A DNA stretch of 64,000 nucleotides, taken from positions 36,766,001 through 36,830,000 of the forward strand of contig NC_047015.1 of the NCBI RefSeq assembly GCF_902652985.1, written 5' to 3'. Under the pieces are notes generated by a model. It saw only the letters and a program-made list of their open reading frames with translations. It was not told the DNA's origin and made no database searches. This DNA is from Pecten maximus (taxonomy: Eukaryota). Each line of letters begins with the position of its first letter. Position 1 is the first letter of the stretch. The position numbers were made by a program, and so were the translations under genes. Positions 12,248 to 24,800 of this stretch are shown piece by piece.

Positions 12248-15200
12248 GTAAGTTTTCTTGGCACCTGGGATGGTCTTAGCAGGTTAATAGCTAATTTACC
12301 TTCCATCCCTCTCCCCAGTTCAGAGTGGCCTTCATTTTCTTCACACTGTTTTCCCTTTGCTTATTAGTGAGAGAAGATGAGAGAACTAATGTTTTCCCTC
12401 ACCTTAATTTACACAAATACAGTAGCAGACCACGATTGGTTGTAATATAGTATACAGACTGAAAATCTATTGGAATACCATGATCTCAAACCTGTTTAGT
12501 GAATATTCTTGCACTTATCTTTTGATTTTACCCCCAAATATCCACATCCGTATCATTGGGGACTCAGATTGGAAATGCACAAAATCTACTATAATGTGAT
12601 TCAGCGAATTATTTTTGGCGTCAACTTTTTTGCAAATTGTTAAATAGATTCATGCAAAAATCATCAAGTGCTTGAGATAGATAAGTGTACACAAATCGCC
12701 TGTGTGTATTCAGTAAGGTATCGTCTTGGTTTTTTGTAAGTCTTCAAAAATCCACACTAGAATCATCAGGGATTTTTGTTTTTGGCACGTCGTCCGTGAG
12801 TAATATCCCGGAGGCCCCATAGGCACTTTCTCCGGGAATCTATATCTTTCCTCAACGTCTCTGAGATCTGAACGTCTTGGAAAGTTTTGTATGAAGATAT
12901 GAAATAAGAAGAGGAATTGAATGTTTGTGACTTTCGTAGTGTTTATTAAGCGAAATCTCCATACAGGAAAGTTGTTATGTCTCGTCAACAAAACAAATGC
13001 AAGAGGATGTTTATACATGTAAATTCAAATGGCCTATGAAATGTGCACTAACAACCGTTTACCGGGAAACGTCTGTTCTACAAGAGTTTGATGAAATCCT
13101 TGAATATACAAGAATACCTGCCAGTATAAATGATGCTTAAATCAACTTTTATTAAACAACATAGGAGAAGCATCCATAATGGCGTATCTTTGATAAAATT
13201 CTACCTATGTAGTCGACAAACAGTGTATGAAACAATCTGTATATGTTTTTGAGCGACTATAATCACGCATGAAGAGGAAATGTTTAAATATTCTAATAAT
13301 TATGATGTTACATCAACGCTGCTTGTATATTATACTGTAGTTATACAGTTCATAAACTGGAATTGTAGTTTTATATAGTTTTGTACTGTACATATTTTTA
13401 GACATTTGCTTGCTTCTACCAGAGACACCTGGCTCGTGTGAGGTGTGCATCTTTCAGTGGTCCAGAAACATTGGAGACCACTTAATATGATGGACAACTG
13501 CTGTGTTTGATAAACTGCCCCTGCTGGTTTTCAACCTCAAGAGTGATACAAGAAAAAAACCATACCACTATATACTGGTTATTGTGTATCGGCATTGAAC
13601 ATTCTTACACAAATTAACACACTGGTACTTGTATTATCGCTGTTGGCATTGATACGAACACCTACCTATGTGGAATGGAATCTAAACTTGAGAAGATTTT
13701 TAAATGTTGATGAAAGTGAAATACTGTTAATATTGAAGAAGTGATTCAGAGGATTCTTAGATATTCGTCGTCTATATTAAAGAAATATTGTGTGTTGGGA
13801 AAATTTTTCTGTGGGATATACATCTATATCTGCAGTGTGAGACTGATATAAATCTCTGTTGAATGGAGCGGAAATGCCAAATCTTGATGTTCTTGATCAG
13901 GATTGTCAGGTGTTTAGGAAACCTAGAGCTGTAGACAAGTTTTCTGTATATCATTTTGTATGTCTGGGTTAGGAGTCCAGATCTAACAGAATTTCTGTCA
14001 GATATTTGATATTGAAAATGGTAATAGATTGAGGACCCCAGGAGTGAATTATTGTGAATCCCTGCGTTGATATGACTTTGTAAGACTGGTATGATATGAT
14101 GAAGTACATTGTTACCATGGTAATAGGATGCAGCACATGGAAGCTGATTAGTCGGCCCTATCAGATAAGGGAGCTGATAGTGACCCCTAAACTGGAATAT
14201 AAAAGGGATTAATATCCTTGGGGATTAATTGGAGTGGACACAGGCTGCTGACCAGGACCACAGTGGTTTGACCTTGAAAACAGATGTGATATGTATATAT
14301 ATGGTTCCATGTGTCCTATCTGATGAAGTGTAGACTGCCTTAGGGGTCTAGATAAACATTTGAAAGTCCTGCTACATGGTGACCATGTTTTACATGTGGT
14401 CCAGATCTAGGCCTAGACTTAAAGTTATCTCATTATAATATCAAATCACCATCGAAGATGGAACAAATAGTTTCATACTGAATACAATAATTCTTTGAAG
14501 CAAACAGCTTTGAAAAACAAAACCTTTTGAAGATGTTAAGTCAGAAACTCTTATCAGATAGAAGAATTATCTTCCCATGAAACTGACTAAAAAAACTTTT
14601 ATAGAGGATTTCACACACTGGAATGCCGTGATGGAGAGGGTAGCGGTTGGTGCACACTTGTCTTAGTGATGTCTAATGTCCAGTTATTACCTGGCTAATT
14701 GACCAGTATGACCACAGACCAGTAACTGTTGTTGATTTGTTTACACAGAAAATTGACCAAGTAGACAGATAGGATAATAACATCCTGTACTGTTATTGCG
14801 GAATGGGTAATCTCCTTGGCAACAAGGAGAACTCTTCGGTAATTACTGTATAACAATATGGCTTCCTTAGTAACCATGTATGGATTTTATTGATGCTCTG
14901 AAAATGTCAAATTAATTAAATGGGACATTATGATGACATTGATCATTCTCTAGTAATGTCTGTAGGGCAAATTTAGAAAGAATTCATGTTTAATTTGTTA
15001 TCAAGTTGGAGTATGAATGTCTGAGAGTTGAAAACTAGAAAATGCTCTTATGCTAGGATTTTTTTAATGATAATTTAATACTAATGTATGAAAAGTAATA
15101 ACTGTTTTTATTCAGACATTATCCATCTTTATCAGCTGAAATATCAATATTTGGATCCTTTGTCTATGCCCAGGGAGAGCCGAGGTTTAAACGTTGATTT

Positions 15201-15666
15201 TAAATGAGTGATGGGTATAATTATCATAGTAGAATTTGTAAGCATTGTCGCTGGACTGCAATAAACATGGGTGGGTTTATTACCAGACATGTGCTGATTG
15301 TGGGATAAATACGGCATCAGTACTAAATTTGACATTTTAATTTGGATACCATTCTAGTTGACCAACATCATCTATACTTGCTTGTGTATTCTATTGTGTA
15401 TATGTGTGAGGTAGTTCTTTAAACCATTATCATATGCTCAAACATGAAATCTGTGCTTACCCACAGTTTCCTTTAAACTCACCAAACTCATAAAATAGCT
15501 GTTGAAGAGAAAAACTAAAACCTTAAGAAATAATTCATCACTAGAAGTCTTTCCAAAGTTCATTCAAACCATTGAAAAAATATTAATTCTTATATCAGAT
15601 TTATTACTAAATTACCTCATTACAAAATGTGTATTTGAGCATATGATTACGGTATCGTATAATATG

Positions 15667-18389
15667 GGCCGTATTGTGACAGGTGTCCCTGGTCCTATTG
15701 TGACAGGTATATCTGGCCCTATTGTGACAGGTATATTTGGCCCTATTGTGACAGGTATATCTGGCCCTATTGTGACAGGTATATCTGGCCCTATTGTGAC
15801 AGGTGTCCCTGGTCCTATTGTGACAGGTATATCTGGCCCTATTGTGACAGGTATATCTGGCCCTATTGTGACAGGTATCCCCAGTCCTATTGTGACAGGT
15901 ATACCTGACCTTATTGTGACAGGTATATTTGGCCCTATTGTGACAGGTATATCTGGCCCTATTGTGACAGGTATACCTGGCCCTATTGTGACAGGTATAC
16001 CTGGCCCTATTGTGACAGGTATCCCTGGTCCTATTGTGACAGGTATACCTGGCCCTATTGTGACAGGTATCCCTGGTCCTATTGTGACAGGTATACCTGG
16101 CCCTATTGTGACAGGTATAACTGGTCCTATTGTGACAGGTATACCTGGTCCTATTGTGACAGGTATCCCTGGTCCTATTGTGACAGGTATCCCTGGCCCT
16201 ATTGTGACAGGTATACCTGGCCCTATTGTGACAGGTATCTCTGACCCTATTGTGACAGGTATCTCTGGTCCTATTGTGACAGGTATCCCTGGCCCTATTG
16301 TGACAGGTATACCTGGCCCTATTGTGACAGGTATGCCTGGCCCTATTGTGACAGGTATACCTGACCCTATTGTGACAGGTATACCTGACCCTATTGTGAC
16401 AGGTATCCCTGGCCCTATTGTGACAGGTATACCTGGCCCTATTGTGACAGGTATATCTGGCCCTATTGTGACAGGTATACCTGACCCTATTGTGACAGGT
16501 ATACCTGACCCTATTGTGACAGGTATATCTGGCCCTATTGTGACAGGTATACCTGGCCCTATTGTGACAGGTATACCTGGCCCTATTGTGACAGGTATCC
16601 CTGGTCCTATTGTGACAGGTATACCTGGCCCTATTGTGACAGGTATCTCTGGCCCTATTGTGACAGGTATACCTGACCCTATTGTGACAGGTATACCTGA
16701 CCCTATTGTGACAGGTATACCTGGCCCTATTGTGACAGGTATACCTGGCCCTATTGTGACAGGTATACCTGACCCTATTGTGACAGGTATACCTGACCCT
16801 ATTGTGACAGGTATCCCTGGCCCTATTGTGACAGGTATACCTGGCCCTATTGTGACAGGTATCTCTGACCCTATTGTGACAGGTATCTCTGGCCCTGTTG
16901 TGACAAGTATCTCTGGCCCTATTGTGACCGGTATATCTGGCCCTATTGTGACAGGTATCTCTGGCCCTATTGTGACAGGTATCTCTGGCCCTGTTGTGAC
17001 AGGTATCTCTGGCCCTATTGTGACAGGTATCTCTGGCCCTGTTGTGACAGGTATCTCTGGCCCTATTGTGACAGGTATACCTGGCCCTATTGTGACAGGT
17101 ATCTCTGGTCCTATTGTGACAGTTATATCTGGCCCTGTTGTGACAGTTATATCTGGCCCTATTGTGACAGGTATCTCTGGCCGTATTGTGACAGGTATAT
17201 CTGGTCCTATTGTGACAGGTATACCTGGCCCTATTGTGACAGGTATCTCTGGCCCTATTGTGACAGGTATCTCTGGCCCTATTGTGACAGGTATCTCTGG
17301 CCCTGTTGTGACAGGTATATCTGGCCCTATTGTGACAGGTATCTCTGGCCCTATTGTGACAGGTATCTCTGGCCCTATTGTGACAGGTATCTCTGGCCCT
17401 ATTGTGACAGGTATATCTGGCCCTATTGTGACAGGTATCTCTGGCCCTATTGTGACAGGTATATCTGGCCCTATTGTGACAGGTATATCTGGTCCTATTG
17501 TGACAGGTATCTCTGGCCCTATTGTGACAGGTATCTCTGGCCCTATTGTGACAGGTATCTCTGGCCCTATTGTGACAGGTATATCTGGTCCTATTGTGAC
17601 AGTTATATCTGGCCCTGTTGTGACAGTTATATCTGGCCCTATTGTGACAGGTATCTCTAGCCCTATTATGACAGGTATACCTGGCCCTATTGTGACAGGT
17701 ATACCTGGCCCTATTGTGACAGGTATACCTGGCCCTATTGTGACAGGTATCTCTGGTCCTATTGTGACAGTTATATCTGGCCCTGTTGTGACAGTTATAT
17801 CTGGCCCTATTGTGACAGGTATCTCTGGCCCTATTATGACAGGTATACCTGGCCCTATTGTGACAGGTATACATGGCCCTATTGTGACAGGTATCTCTGG
17901 CCCTATTGTGACAGGTATACCTGGCCCTATTGTGACAGGTATACATGGCCCTATTGTGACAGGTATCTCTGGCCCTATTGTGACAGGTATACCTGGCCCT
18001 ATTGTGACAGGTATCTCTGGCCCTATTGTGACAGGTATACCTGGCCCTATTGTGACCGGTATCTCTGGCCCTATTGTGACAGGTATCTCTGGCCCTATTG
18101 TGACAGGTATCTATGTCCCTACTGTGACAGGTATCTATGTCCCTACTGTGACAGGTATCTCTGGTCCTATTGTGACAGGTATATCTGGCCCTATTGTGAC
18201 AGGTATACCTGTTCCTATTGTGACAGGTATATCTGGCCCTATTGTGACAGGTATCCCTGGTCCTATTGTGACAGGTATATCTGGCCCTATTGTGACAGGT
18301 ATACCTGTTCCTATTGTGACAGGTATATCTGGCCCTATTGTGACAGGTATCTCTGGCCCTATTGTGACAGGTATCCCTGGTCCTATTGT
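15667..18389. repeat. 24-bp minisatellite ATTGTGACAGGTATATCTGGCCCT, ~113 copies
   Basis: direct reading; source of the 964-aa and 779-aa pseudo-ORFs. Confidence 0.97.
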
Positions 18390-18777
18390 GTTGTGATTTG
18401 GTTCATATCCTAAATATGGTATAATACCAATTTGGATAGGAGATATTTTCTAGTTCCAGAACATCATCACCTATAACTGCCATCATATTTCAGGATGGCA
18501 CAGTGTCTTATCATTAAAATCTCAGTCTCAACTCAATAGTTATTATTCCATATCATTCTCAAACTTTCCTTATAGAAAGCAGAGTGTTGTATATAAATTA
18601 TGTGCCACCCCACTATATAGAGTTATAGCCCTTTGTCGAAATTGTCATGATAAATTTCTAACTTTTTTCTCAGTGTAATAATGTAATTTCCTCAGAGAAA
18701 ACATAAATGTCATAGTTTGATTGTTCAGAAATCTTGAGCAGTATATTTGTATTTAATGATTATCATTTTAATTACAG

Positions 18778-18879
18778 AGCGACGGAAACACAGTTTTTCT
18801 GCGTGCAGCAAGGGACGGGAACCTTCAGGATGTCCTAGAATACCTGAAGGGCAGCACCGACATCAACACCAGTAACCCG
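18778..18879 (+). CDS. ank2: ankyrin exon, ANK1: [34 protein letters not shown]
   Basis: ttacag|AGC...CCG|gtaggt, 102 nt, phase 0-0; resembles ANK2 [31 protein letters not shown]. Confidence 0.95.
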
Positions 18880-21800
18880 GTAGGTCAAAACAGTGACACT
18901 GTTTACATAGCAGGATAGTGAAAAAGCAGAAATACATTTATATATCTCAAGTCAGAGTTTGAATATTAACACAATCAAATGACAGAGTAATGCTCATGAA
19001 AATAGATGCTAGGTATAAACATTTGCTATACATCCATCACCGGGGGAAATTCCCTAATTAACACAGCAAAGGGGTCAGACCCTTGGATTAAATGTTTCAT
19101 TCTGGGTCATAGGAACAAGTCAAGCCCCTGTGAGTACAACTAAAAAATCCCTAAAGAAACATCAAATTACCTGAATTCTGTATGACACACAGTGATGTAG
19201 GTACAACCAATAACCTAGTATAACCCATTGATGTAGGTACAACCAATACCCAGCTATTATAAATACACAACCAATAATCTAATATACCCATTGATGTAGG
19301 TACAACTAATTACCCTAGTTATAAACATGAAACTAATAACCTGATACAACAATTGAGAGTAGGTATAGTCAACTAGCCATAAAGATTTAACTAAGATTGG
19401 AAACCATACCATTCCTATACCATTGACAGTGTGCTCTGTCATTCATCAGAATAGTTATACCATTGACAGTGTGGCCCATCGTTCCCCAGAATAGTTATAC
19501 CATTGTCAGTGTTCCCTGTCATTCCTCAGAATAGTTATACCATTGACAGTGTGGCCTGTCATTCCCCAGAATAGTTATTCCATTGACAGTGTGCCCTGTC
19601 ATTCCCCAGAATAGTTATACCATTGACAGTGTGGCCTGTCATTCCCCAGAATAGTTATACCATTGAAAGTGTGGCCTGTCATTCCTCAGAATAGTTATAC
19701 CATTGACAGTGTGGCCTGTCATTCCTCAGAATAGTTATACCATTGACAGTGTGCCCTGTCATTCCTCAGAATAGTTATACCATTGACAGTGTGGCCTGTC
19801 ATTCCTCAGAATAGTTATACCATTGACAGTGTGGCCTGTTATTCCTCAGAATAGTTATACCATTGACAGTGTGGCCTGTCATTCCTCAGAATAGTTATAC
19901 CATTGACAGTGTGTCCTGTTATTCCCCAGAATAGTTATACCATTGACAGTGTGGCCTGTCATTCCCCAGAATAGTTATACCATTGACAGTGTGGCCTGTC
20001 ATTCCCCAGAATAGTTATACCATTGACAGTGTGGCCTGTCATTCCCCAGAATAGTTATACCACTGACAGTGTGGCCTGTCATTCCCCAGAATAGTTATAC
20101 CATTGACAGTGTGGCCTGTTATTCCTCAGAATAGTTATACCATTGACAGTGTGCCCTGTCATTCCTCAGAATAGTTATACCATTGACAGTGTGCCCTGTT
20201 ATTCCTCAGAATAGTTATACCATTGACAGTGTGGCCTGTCATTCCCCAGAATAGTTATACCATTGACAGTGTGCCCTGTTATTCCTCAGAATAGTTATAC
20301 CATTGACAGTGTGGCCTGTCATTCCCCAGAATAGTTATACCATTGACAGTGTGGCCTGTCATTCCCCAGAATAGTTATACCATTGACAGTGTGCCCTGTC
20401 ATTCTCCAGAATAGTTATACCATTGACAGTGTGGCCTGTCATTCCACAGAATAGTTATTACCATTGACAGTGTGGCCTGTCATTCCTCAGAATAGTTATA
20501 CCATTGACAGTGTGTCCTGTCATTCCCCAGAATAGTTATATCATTGACAGTGTGGCCTGTCATTCTCCAGAATAGTTATACCATTGACAGTGTGGCCTGT
20601 CATTCCTCAGAATAGTTATACCATTGACAGTGTGCCCTGTCATTCCCCAGAATAGTTATACCATTGACAGTGTGGCCTGTCATTCCCCAGAATAGTTATA
20701 CCATTGACAGTGTGCCCTGTCACTCCTCAGAATAGTTATACCATTGACAGTGTGGCCTGTTATTCCTCAGAATAGTTATACCATTGACAGTGTGGCCTGT
20801 CATTCCCCAGAATAGTTTTACCATTGACAGTGTGCCCTGTGTCGATGGAGAGGAGATAATTTGTGTGATACATAGCTATATTTATTTAATTTACCTCAGA
20901 ACTGTCTTTCTCAAATTTGAAAATAAAAATTGGTTAGATTGTTTTATTATTTCTATGACCCGTGTTTTCAGTTTACAGCAGTATGCTAAGTCTACCTCTG
21001 TAAAAATCTGAAACAAATATGATTCGGAAATATGTTCATTTGTACCTGCAAGCATGCACTTTGCCTGTATATTATACTCATGACTATATGTCAAAACATC
21101 ACAAACATAAGCTGCCAAATATTTTCTGGAATTGGAGGAAATTATTGATGTGCATTATACTGTGTGTGTAGTTGTTGGTTTCTGTGTGTTATGATGGAGT
21201 TATACATAACGGAATGTTGTTCTCCTTAGATTTATTGTGTAATACTTGTGTTGGTGTTTGATCTTGGAGGCAGGAATCTGATTGTCTGGGTACTATTGAG
21301 GGGATGGGAATCTTGATTCTGCCCACAGCTCTAGATCTTGTTGTTTGTGTAAGATACTCATACATGTGATCACAACACATTCACCGCTTTGTGTACTTAA
21401 CAGAACATAACTTCATTTCAAGTTGGATAAAAAAATATTAAGGTAAACATATTTCAGAATCTGTCTTCAAATTTTTATTTTGAGTCGCTAAATATGCAAA
21501 TTGAAGCCAGAGTTTGGGGTAAAAAAATCATGCTAACTTGCTTATTTAAACATTACTGTCCTGTTTCTTTGATTAGAGTTTTTTTGTCACATCTATACTA
21601 TACATTTGTGATAAAGACTAAAGAACACAAAATAATTCTCATCCAAAATGCAAAACAAGGTCTAATGATGAAAAATTTCAATAGTTACCTAAATATCTAT
21701 TATATTATGAGAAGAAGAATACTTTTGAAAATTCGTTTTGGTCTGGTGAAGCTGACTGTACTTTTGAGAACTTTGTCGTGAGTTTGTGATGGGAACATTT

Positions 21801-24800
21801 AGGATTGTTAGCAGACTTTCACCACTGTTCCTATCTATAACTCACAAAACTGTAAGAGGAGTTTTTTCCCTGTTGGTGTAGGTATAAATAGAAAGCTACA
21901 ACATCTGCCATCTATAAGTACTGTCGAGTTATGTTCAACATCAGATGTGGAAAATCTTGTCTAATTAACGATCAGCTTGCTCATTCCAAATACATTCTAA
22001 CTGAATGTTGTTTAATGAAAGTTATGACAGGTACTGACAATTTTAAAATAATCCAGATATCTTAGTTTCCTGGATGTTTATTACAAGGCATCAAAAATAC
22101 CATGACAGTGTTTATTGGAATAAATTCTTCTGTCTCCCAAAAATTGTAAGAGGTTATAATACTCTAATGTAATATAGACATTTCCCATCTAGTCGCTAAT
22201 GGTCGTGGCTTCTGCAGCTTGTGTATTTGTCTAGTGAAGGCAAGAAAAAGTCCTATAGCTTTTGTAAAGCTGGCATTTACTCTCAACAGTTGCTTTAGCC
22301 TGTATGTGTATTTGTGTATTAGCGAAGATAAAATACCAGCATAGAGTCGGTCAACCACACTAAACACACCCCTACATTATTCCGCTAGTGATTTGGTTGC
22401 CAGCTCGTTGCCTGTGTCTAGAATCAATATATTGATCCTGTTCATGTTGGAAGACTTCTGGATCGCTTGAGTGTTTGATGATTGTGTGCCCCACAACATA
22501 TTGGGAAATGGATTACATCAGGGCAAACCAATCAATATCATGCAGAATGAAATTAACATGATCAGTGTCACTAATGAGCTTTGTAATATGCAAATCAGCA
22601 GTAATAAAAATGTATGCCAAAATGAGATCACATTTGTTGTAGTAAAGCGTTGCATGAATAAATAATGAGAGAAATGTACTTCCTCCCTGCATGTCATTTA
22701 ACAGATCAATGAATCCCTTTGGGATGGATGTGTAATGAATTATGTAAATAAGGAAAGGTCATCGGATCAATATAACATTACGTCATGGCTGGGATAGGTA
22801 CATTTAAGCAAATATCAAATGATTTATTGTGTGGCATAAGTAAAAACAGGAAACATATAGAAGTTAAACCAAAGCCATTATTTTTTTCTGAATTTATTGA
22901 GGAATGTTACATTTTGTTTATGTTTAGTTTTCTAACACAGTAGTAGTTTTTTTAACATGGACAATATATTGAGTGATTGGCCTTTCAAGTATTAGTGGTA
23001 CATGTATGGTAAATCTTCGGTCAGGTCAAACAAAATTAAATAAATTTTGATGAACCTGTTCGATTTATCAAAATAATGCTTTAGGAAATAAGCATGAGTT
23101 TGAACTATCCGAGTCGACATCGTATATGATTGTCAAGTTAAGTACAGGTATATCCATAATCCGAATTTCCTCGTAACTTTTTAAGACTATTTCGGCACAA
23201 AGGAAAGGAGATTTTGTACCGTGTAGTATGTTTGGCTGAGTAAAAATGATAAGAAGAATTCAAATTCAATATAAAATGGATAAAAAGAATGTTCCTGGAA
23301 TGATAATTATGATAACTGCACTAAAAGTGAGAAATTGTTGAAGTGGAATTCATAAAAGCATTTCCACTGTAGAATATATTCAATACAAAATTTATAATTA
23401 AAAAAAATATCCAAGGCAAGGTTTATTTTCTTAATGTGTCATATTCTTCAGCAAACATTTTTTTGAAATGAAAATATTATCAAAAATGAAGTAAATTTTG
23501 TCTGACAAGTTAATTTGACTGATTGTACTTTTCCCTTACAGAATGGGTTGAATGCATTACATCTGGCTTCGAAAGAGGGACACATAAACATCGTAACTGA
23601 GCTCCTGAAACGCGGAGCCAATGTTGAAGCAGCTACAAAGGTAATACACTGCACCTATAAGAGAACTTTAAAAATCAAGCAATATGATCTGTTCTAGATA
23701 AAACATTCTTAAAATTGAAGAATATCTCCTGCTTTTCATAAATAACTGTCAGCTAGCAATAAGCACATGTCTAGTAATAAGCCCACAGTTATATATATAG
23801 CTCATTGCCACAGATCACATTTATTGTCATGTAATAACTATTATAACTGTAGATCTGGATGCTTGACAAAAATTGTATTCATTGAAAATTAAACCATTCA
23901 ACTTTCAGTACAAGATTATATTTAAATATGATTGCATTTGATTCCACTGCAAAATATTCATTTATTATTTAAAGTGGATCATTTTTTAAAATTCTATGAT
24001 GTGTTAAAATTTGATAACATATTTTTTTTTGTCAGGCTTCAATTTCTAAATTGAATATGACTCATCTTGAAATTGTATTTTGTATACAGAAAGGAAATAC
24101 AGCTCTCCACATCTCATCCTTGGCAGGCCATGAGGAAATCGTCAAGCTTCTCGTTGAAAATGGGGCCAAAGTCAACGTTCAAGCTCAGGTATAAATTATC
24201 ATTTTTTTAGGTCAGTGGTCCAGCATTAGTCCTAAATACAAGTTAATATGAGAGTTGAAGGGATCATTAATTCTTGGCTGTCCATATATGCCTGACAGTG
24301 ACACTGCAGCCTTTGGTACAGGGAAAACTTTCTTTACAATATAGCATTCAATAGTTTGTTGGTCTTATCACAGTCAGTGTTAAATTTTCAACACAAAAAA
24401 TGACCATTTGTTAGCCACACATGATCTTTGTCCTAAGCTGACCTCTGATAGAATATACTAGCATGACCTTTGACCTAATTTGACCTCTGATAGTAGTAAC
24501 ATACATGACTTTTTCCTGCTAATTTTTTTCTTCAACATTTGTTACAGTCTTACTTTATTATAACACCTGTCATTTAACCTTCGTGTTTAAGTCTCTTGAC
24601 AATTGATATTGTATCTTCAATACATTTCCACACCTATGACCTTTACCTTTGTCATTCAGCCTCTAAATTTTGATTATATTGTTTCTATAGATGACCTTTA
24701 ACCTTTGTCTTTCTGCCTCTAACCTAATCGTGATGGCATTTACATAACACACTCCTCTTTCCACGTGTATCCTATTTGTGCACGAATGACCTTTAACCTT

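Noticed and set aside
15502-18396. 964-aa (IVTGISGP)n ORF and antisense 779-aa ORF that look like structural or biomineral repeat proteins
   Set aside because: Product of a stop-free 24-bp minisatellite; open on both strands, TTG start, no signal peptide or unique domain; lies in intron-like sequence upstream of exon 18778
24400-24800. Cluster of TGACCT(T) nuclear-receptor-like half sites
   Set aside because: The motif is scattered through the window and looks like low-complexity or repeat background
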